A stretch of DNA of 15,071 nt. Source: an uncultured bacterium (GTDB lineage: Bacteria > Krumholzibacteriota > Krumholzibacteriia > WVZY01 > JAKEHA01). Positions 9,880-15,071 of the stretch are shown piece after piece. The notes under the pieces were generated by a model. It did not search any database, was not told where the DNA came from, and was given only the letters and a program-made list of their open reading frames with translations. A program made the translations under genes and the position numbers. Position 1 is the first letter of the stretch. Each line of letters opens with the position of its first letter. The stretch covers positions 1-15,071 of the forward strand of contig CBDVBX010000074.1 of assembly GCA_965372335.1 (NCBI GenBank). Reading direction: 5' to 3'.

Positions 9880-10781
9880 CAAGACCGGTCACCGGCGGCT
9901 CGATCGGCGTCGCGGATGCGCCCCGCGGACACCAGAAAGACGATTCGTATCACATCGGCGACAAAAAAGAAAGGTATGGTCAACCAATGCCACGGCTTGG
10001 CGTAACGCCGGAAGAACCTCCAAGAACTCTTGAATTTTCGTACGATCTTTCGCCGGCTGACCTGGCCGCCGGTGCTGGCCGAGATCTTGTGCCACACCTT
10101 TGCGCCGGGCTCGTACACCGTCCGGTATCCCTTTCGGGTGGCGCGCATGCAAAAGTCAGCATCCTCGAAGTACGCCACGAAGTCCGGGTCGAGCAATCCA
10201 ATGGACTCGAAGACTTCTCGCCGGACCATCAGCGCGCAGCCAGTGACATAGTCGACGTCACGAGTTTGGTCGAACTGCCCCCGGTCCGTTTGGCGGATGC
10301 CGATATGTCGGGCGATCCCCCGCGCAAGGAACACCTCGCCACCCGCGAACCAGATCCGGTCGCGCGGGGTATAATAGTAGATCTTGGGACCGGCGATACC
10401 GACGCTGGGATCGGCGGCGAACGCAGTCAACAGGTTGTCGATGAGACCGGCGTCGACCACCACGTCGTTGTTCAACAGCAACACGAAGTCACAACCGAGG
10501 GACAGGGCACGCTCGATGCCCACGTTGTTTCCCCTGGCAAAACCCAGATTCTCGTCGTTGACGACGACAATGACGCGGTTACCGTAGGCCTCTCGAATCG
10601 CATCAACTGACCCATCGATCGACGCGTTGTCCACCACGATCAACTCCACGTGTGGCGTTTCGATGGCCGAAAGTGACTCGAGGCAGTCGAGCGTGAGCGC
10701 TTTGCCGTTCCAGTTGAGGACCACGACGGCGACTTTGGAGACGCCGGTCGAGTGTGATTCGCGTAGGCGATTCTGGGACAT
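9879..10781 (-). CDS. family-2 glycosyltransferase, WbbL-like putative rhamnosyltransferase
   Basis: 300 aa from the ATG at 10781. GT2 motifs VVVLNWNG, VDNASIDGS and NDENLGFARGNNVG, with DxD-type signatures. The 104-codon N-terminal extension in the ORF track (to 11093) is low-complexity and overlaps the opposite-strand gene, so I excluded it. Confidence 0.8.
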   Translation of the reverse strand: MSQNRLRESHSTGVSKVAVVVLNWNGKALTLDCLESLSAIETPHVELIVVDNASIDGSVDAIREAYGNRVIVVVNDENLGFARGNNVGIERALSLGCDFVLLLNNDVVVDAGLIDNLLTAFAADPSVGIAGPKIYYYTPRDRIWFAGGEVFLARGIARHIGIRQTDRGQFDQTRDVDYVTGCALMVRREVFESIGLLDPDFVAYFEDADFCMRATRKGYRTVYEPGAKVWHKISASTGGQVSRRKIVRKFKSSWRFFRRYAKPWHWLTIPFFFVADVIRIVFLVSAGRIRDADRAAGDRS

Positions 10782-10917
10782 GCCGGGATTATACTCTACG
10801 TGAAAACAACCCCGCCAGCCGAAACACGAAGGCCCTACCGAGTGCACCGCGGCGGGTTTGGATTGTCCCCGGTCACACGCCTTGACGGCCCCAATTGAAA
10901 GGTATACCGTAGATAAT
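10782..10917. promoter_or_regulatory. divergent intergenic region between the GT2-rmlD operon and the SPFH-AP-TPR gene
   Basis: On the minus strand a perfect TATAAT (10793..10788) ends 6 nt before the GT2 ATG, with no SD. TTGACG (10882-10887) and TAGATAAT abut the plus-strand ATG at 10918. Confidence 0.4.
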
Positions 10918-13203
10918 ATGAAGCGAATCTTATTGGTGTTACTGGTGGTTATAGTGTTAGGCGTCGTTATCGCCGCCGTCCTGGTGAAACGAGTACCGGA
11001 CGGTTTCGAGGCGGTTCGGGTGAGCCTTGAGGGTGATATCAGCGTGTACGACGGTGGATACCACCTGATTCCACCGGGCGCGAAGGACTTCATATTGTAT
11101 CCAACCGGTTCAGTGTCGTACCGCTACCCGAAATACGGCGCGGCCGATGTGATGACGGAATCTGGCGAGACCGTGCAAGCGGCGTTCGAGTTTGCGCTGG
11201 ATCTCCCCGCGGGAAGCTCCCGGAAGCTGTACGAGCGATTCAGCGAAGATTTCGAGGCGGCGATGCGCCGGCTCGTCCAGGCGGCCGCCGAGATCGAAGC
11301 GGCGAGTTTTCCCTCTGGCGGCAATCGACAGGAATACCTCGATGCCGTAGCGCGGAACGTAAGCGGCGAACTACGGGGACTGGGCGTGACGGTGAGTGGG
11401 TATTCGCTGGTGGTGTGGGGGGACGAGGCAGGGAAGAGAGCAAGAGCCGAAGCCGGCGTTGGCGACGAACCACCGCGCAAGCTGATCGTGGTCGGAGTCG
11501 ACGGAGGTGATTGGCTCAATCTTCGGCCGCTCGTCGACTCTGGCCGTTTACCGAATTTTGCACGTCTCATGCGCGACGGCGCGACCGGACCGTTGCGGTC
11601 GATGGAGCCGATGCTCTCGCCGTTACTGTGGACGACGATCGCCACCGGCATGCACCCGGAAGATCACGGTATCCTGAACTTCACCATCGTCGATCCCAAA
11701 ACGGGCAAGAAAGTACCGATCACCAGGTACTACCGCAAGGTCGATGCCTTCTGGAACATGCTCGGCGACTACGGCCGCAGTGTCGCAATTGTCGGGTGGT
11801 TGGCCACTCACCCCGCCGAAAAGGTGCAAGGTGTGATGGTAACCGACAAGGCCGGTTACCTCGCGTTTGCGCCCGAGGATAGAGAGCGATCACAAACCGG
11901 GGTTGCCGCCGCCGTATACCCCGACAGTCGAGCGGAGGAAGTTTCGGGGCTCATCGTGCATGGAGAGCAAGTCCCGTACGATGAGTGTAATAAGATGATT
12001 CACATCGACAAAGATGAATTCGAGAAACACAGCTCCCTCGACTTTGATCCGAGAGACTCGATCAACAATTTGATCCTGCTGTACGCGTCGGCCCGGTCCT
12101 TTGAGAACATCGCGCTCCACCTGCTCGCTAAGGATCGTCCCGATGTGCTCGCCGTGTACTTCGAGTGGGTCGACGCGGTGAGTCACCTATTCATGCTCCA
12201 CTCACCACCGAAACTGCCGGATATCCCAGCCGAGGAATACAACAAGTTCAAAGACGCCATCGAGCAAACGTACATTGTCCAAGACGAGATACTGGGCAAG
12301 TTCATGGACCTGCAGGACGACGACACGATCCTGATGGTGATATCCGACCACGGCTTCAAGTCCGGCTCGTCACGGCTGAAGAACCGTCCCGAAATTTGGG
12401 CGGGTAACGCGGCAAAGTGGCACCGGCTGTATGGAATCGTGGCGCTCTACGGTAGGGGAGTGAAGAAGGGGTATACCATTGAGGATGCGTCGATACTGGA
12501 TATTACACCCACAATATTGGCGCTCCAAGGGTTGCCGCGGGCGGCCGACATGCCGGGGAAAGTCTGGTTGGATGCATTCGAATCGTCATTGCAACAGGAA
12601 CTGAATTCGAAAACGGTGGCCACCTTGCAGCGGGACAGAGGGGTGGACGCCACCGCCGGACCACCGCCCGCAGTCACCGACGCCGCCTCGGCGGAAGCGA
12701 TGAAAAAGTTAGAGGCGTTGGGGTATCTCACGCCGGACAATGCCGACGCACTCAACAATCTCGGTCAGCGCTACGAGGAACGCGGGGAATACCTGAAGGC
12801 AATCGAAGAGTACCGAAAAGCGATTGCGCTTCGTCCCGATTTTCACGCCGTTTACAACAACATCGCTGTCTGTTACGGCAAACTGGGCAGATTGGAAGAA
12901 GCGGAACAAGCATTGTTGAAAACGATCGAAATCAAGCCGGACGACTTTTATGCGATGAACAACCTGGCGGTGACATATATCAAAACCCAGAAGATGGAAG
13001 AGGCGAGACGGTGGGCCGAGCGCGCCGTCCGGACTGAACCCGGTTACGTCAATGGACACGTCACACTTGGGGCGATCTATGCCATGATGGGCGAATTTTC
13101 CAAGGCCGAGAAAGAGTACGAAACCGCGCTCGAGCTCGACCCCGGAGCCACCACCGCAGCCGAAAATCTCAAAAAAGTCCGACAGCAATTACAATCGAAT
13201 TGA
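10918..13203 (+). CDS. membrane-anchored multidomain protein: signal-anchor TM, SPFH/band-7-like region, alkaline-phosphatase-superfamily type I phosphodiesterase/nucleotide pyrophosphatase-like domain, four C-terminal TPR repeats
   Basis: Start ATG at 10918 (MKRILLVLLVVIVLGVVIAAVLV). About nt 10978-11430 is SPFH-like (VKRVPDGFEAVRV...GYHLIPPGAKDFILYP). About 11476-12550 carries AP-superfamily motifs: VVGVDGGDW, ...SPLLWTTIATGMHPEDHGI, FEWVDAVSH and VISDHGF. About 12750-13185 holds four 34-aa TPR repeats. Confidence 0.8.
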   Translation: MKRILLVLLVVIVLGVVIAAVLVKRVPDGFEAVRVSLEGDISVYDGGYHLIPPGAKDFILYPTGSVSYRYPKYGAADVMTESGETVQAAFEFALDLPAGSSRKLYERFSEDFEAAMRRLVQAAAEIEAASFPSGGNRQEYLDAVARNVSGELRGLGVTVSGYSLVVWGDEAGKRARAEAGVGDEPPRKLIVVGVDGGDWLNLRPLVDSGRLPNFARLMRDGATGPLRSMEPMLSPLLWTTIATGMHPEDHGILNFTIVDPKTGKKVPITRYYRKVDAFWNMLGDYGRSVAIVGWLATHPAEKVQGVMVTDKAGYLAFAPEDRERSQTGVAAAVYPDSRAEEVSGLIVHGEQVPYDECNKMIHIDKDEFEKHSSLDFDPRDSINNLILLYASARSFENIALHLLAKDRPDVLAVYFEWVDAVSHLFMLHSPPKLPDIPAEEYNKFKDAIEQTYIVQDEILGKFMDLQDDDTILMVISDHGFKSGSSRLKNRPEIWAGNAAKWHRLYGIVALYGRGVKKGYTIEDASILDITPTILALQGLPRAADMPGKVWLDAFESSLQQELNSKTVATLQRDRGVDATAGPPPAVTDAASAEAMKKLEALGYLTPDNADALNNLGQRYEERGEYLKAIEEYRKAIALRPDFHAVYNNIAVCYGKLGRLEEAEQALLKTIEIKPDDFYAMNNLAVTYIKTQKMEEARRWAERAVRTEPGYVNGHVTLGAIYAMMGEFSKAEKEYETALELDPGATTAAENLKKVRQQLQSN

Positions 13204-13222
13204 AACCAGCTTGGAGATCTCA

Positions 13223-14758
13223 GTGACCAAGAAACCGATCTTGATCGTGATGGACGGATGGGGATGGCGCGAAGAGACAGACGGTAATGCCGTTCGTTTG
13301 GCCAACACACCCAACGTGGACAGGTTGTGGGATACCTACCCCCACACTCTCATCAATGGATCCGGACCGTACGTGGGACTCCCCGAGGGGCAGATGGGTA
13401 ACAGCGAAGTGGGACACCTCAACTTCGGTGCCGGCAGGGTCGTGTATCAGAACATCATGCGGATCGGCCGGGCGATCGCGGATGGATCGTTTTTCGAGAA
13501 CGAGGTGCTCCGAGCGGCCGTGTCGGTGGCCAAGGGGAGTGCGCTCCACCTTCTCGGTTTGCTATCCGACGGCGGGGTTCACAGTCATCAGAAGCACCTA
13601 TACGCTCTGGTCAGAATGGCCAAGGACAACGGGGTAGAGCGCGTTTTCGTCCATGCGATTCTCGATGGTCGCGACACACCGCCGCGCAAGGGCATCACAT
13701 ACCTCGCCGCTCTCGACGAACAACTACGCGGCATCGGCGTCGGGCGGATCGCGTCGATCGTCGGTCGTTACTACTGCATGGACCGGGACAAACGCTGGGA
13801 TCGGGTCAAACGCGCCTATGACCTCTACACCGCGGGCGACGGCGAACCTTCCAGCGACGCCGCCGACGCCATTACCCGGTCGTACGAGCGAGACGTGACC
13901 GACGAATTTGTCGAGCCCATTATCATGGTAAACGGCGGGGAACCGGTGGGGCTGATACGCGACGGCGATGCGGTTGTTTTCTTTAACTTCCGAGCCGACC
14001 GAGCGCGCGAGATCACCGCTGCGATTACTGACGAGGGCTTCGACGGATTCGAACGCGGAGTCCGACCGGCGGTGCATTTCACCTGCATGACGCAGTACGA
14101 GGCCAAATTCGACCTGCCGGCAGCCTTTCCGCCGGAGTCGTACGTGAACATCCTGGCCGAGACCTCGTCAAAAGCCGGCAAGACGTGCCTCAGGCTGGCG
14201 GAAACGGAGAAATACGCACACGTGACGTACTTCTTCAATGGCGGGGTCGAAAAAGAATACCCGGGCGAGAACCGAATCCTGGTGCCGTCGCCGAAAGTCG
14301 CAACCTACGACTTGCAGCCGAAAATGAGCGCGCACGAGGTATGCTCGACATTGATCCGCGAGATCGAGTCGGACCGATACGATTACATCATTTGCAACTT
14401 TGCCAATCCCGATATGGTGGGGCACACCGGCGTTCTGGAAGCGGCGATCGAAGCCGTCGAGACGGTGGACGAATGCGTGGGGCGAGTCGTCGACGCGCTC
14501 GACCTCGATCGTTACGCCGTAATCGTCACCGCCGATCACGGAAACGCCGAAGAGATGTTCGACTATGTCAATGGGGGGCCGCACACTGCGCATACGACCA
14601 ATCCGGTACCGTGTATTCTGGTCGATCCGGACTACCAAGGGGAGTTGATCGAAGGGGGAGCCTTACGGGATATAGCGCCTACCATGTGTCACTACATGGG
14701 AATACCGGTTCCGGCAGAGATGACGGGAGACGACCTTCGCAAGGATTTGAACCGCTAG
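13223..14758 (+). CDS. gpmI: 2,3-bisphosphoglycerate-independent phosphoglycerate mutase
   Basis: iPGM signatures MDGWGW, GNSEVGHLNFGAGRVVYQ and TADHGNAE. GTG start at 13223 with GGAG 6 nt upstream gives MTKKPILIVMDGWG, typical of iPGM N-termini. The ORF track uses the TTG at 13211 instead. Confidence 0.93.
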   Translation: MTKKPILIVMDGWGWREETDGNAVRLANTPNVDRLWDTYPHTLINGSGPYVGLPEGQMGNSEVGHLNFGAGRVVYQNIMRIGRAIADGSFFENEVLRAAVSVAKGSALHLLGLLSDGGVHSHQKHLYALVRMAKDNGVERVFVHAILDGRDTPPRKGITYLAALDEQLRGIGVGRIASIVGRYYCMDRDKRWDRVKRAYDLYTAGDGEPSSDAADAITRSYERDVTDEFVEPIIMVNGGEPVGLIRDGDAVVFFNFRADRAREITAAITDEGFDGFERGVRPAVHFTCMTQYEAKFDLPAAFPPESYVNILAETSSKAGKTCLRLAETEKYAHVTYFFNGGVEKEYPGENRILVPSPKVATYDLQPKMSAHEVCSTLIREIESDRYDYIICNFANPDMVGHTGVLEAAIEAVETVDECVGRVVDALDLDRYAVIVTADHGNAEEMFDYVNGGPHTAHTTNPVPCILVDPDYQGELIEGGALRDIAPTMCHYMGIPVPAEMTGDDLRKDLNR

Positions 14759-14770
14759 TCGCGTAGTCGA

Positions 14771-15071
14771 CTAGTCGCCTGCGGCGGCCCGCCCGCTCTG
14801 GCGACGGCGACCGAAGAGATCAACGATCGCGTAGAATGCGAGGAGAATGATCAGCGGCTCGGCCGGTAGGCGGGCGGGCTCACTGCCACCATAAATCGAC
14901 CGGATGAGGTAGTACCCCACCACAGCCGCCGAGAGTAAAAGCCCCGCGCGGTTTCTTTTTTTGACTGACAGCCAGATACCCACCAGGAAAAACGGCAATA
15001 GCACCCCGTAGTTGCCAATACTAATAAGATTGTGACGAAGCGACCAGGCGGGTTCCCCCGGTGCCGCCGGC
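14771..15071 (-). CDS. membrane protein, C-terminal fragment; start lies beyond the right window edge
   Basis: The minus-strand frame stays open from 15071 down to a stop at 14771-14773. The product has hydrophobic helices (LLPFFLVGIWLS, PLIILLAFYAIVDLF). The ORF track reports only an internal GTG at 15004. Family not recognised. Confidence 0.5.
   Translation of the reverse strand, partial: PAAPGEPAWSLRHNLISIGNYGVLLPFFLVGIWLSVKKRNRAGLLLSAAVVGYYLIRSIYGGSEPARLPAEPLIILLAFYAIVDLFGRRRQSGRAAAGD

Noticed and set aside
10782-11093. 104-codon N-terminal extension of the GT2 ORF, and the TTG at 10858 as start of the plus-strand gene.
   Set aside because: The extension is low-complexity and overlaps the plus-strand gene. 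An internal ATG at 10781 gives a canonical GT2 N-terminus. The plus-strand ATG at 10918 begins a typical signal anchor, while the TTG-initiated 20 residues have no support.

Overview
This window comes from a GC-rich (~60%) bacterial chromosome, with Shine-Dalgarno sequences in use and no lineage call possible from the sequence alone. The left half (1-7174, minus strand) is a complete canonical F1Fo ATP synthase operon in the order atpZ-atpI-atpB-atpE-atpF-atpH-atpA-atpG-atpD-atpC. atpC runs off the window edge, and the genes are tightly coupled by 4-nt overlaps. A 355-bp AT-richer divergent intergenic region (7175-7529) holds a near-consensus sigma70-type promoter with an extended -10 and an overlapping dyad. 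This promoter faces a plus-strand gene pair: a 3-TM membrane-anchored heavy-metal-associated (HMA, GMVCQGC) protein, joined by an ATGA overlap to a small GNAT acetyltransferase with ArsN2/ArgA-like features. An orphan Leu-rich 91-aa membrane protein follows. Further right lie a minus-strand rhamnose envelope module (WbbL-like GT2 glycosyltransferase with a TGATG junction into rmlD) and a large membrane-anchored protein that fuses an SPFH-like region, an alkaline-phosphatase-superfamily phosphodiesterase domain and four TPR repeats. After these come cofactor-independent phosphoglycerate mutase (gpmI) and the C-terminal fragment of a membrane protein on the minus strand at the right edge. I found no tRNA or rRNA genes, CRISPR arrays or mobile elements. 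The most unusual parts are the HMA-GNAT module with its promoter and operator architecture, and the SPFH-phosphodiesterase-TPR fusion. I did not see any clear novel multi-gene system beyond these. Coordinates derived by hand are anchored on the ORF track and may be off by about 1 nt in places.
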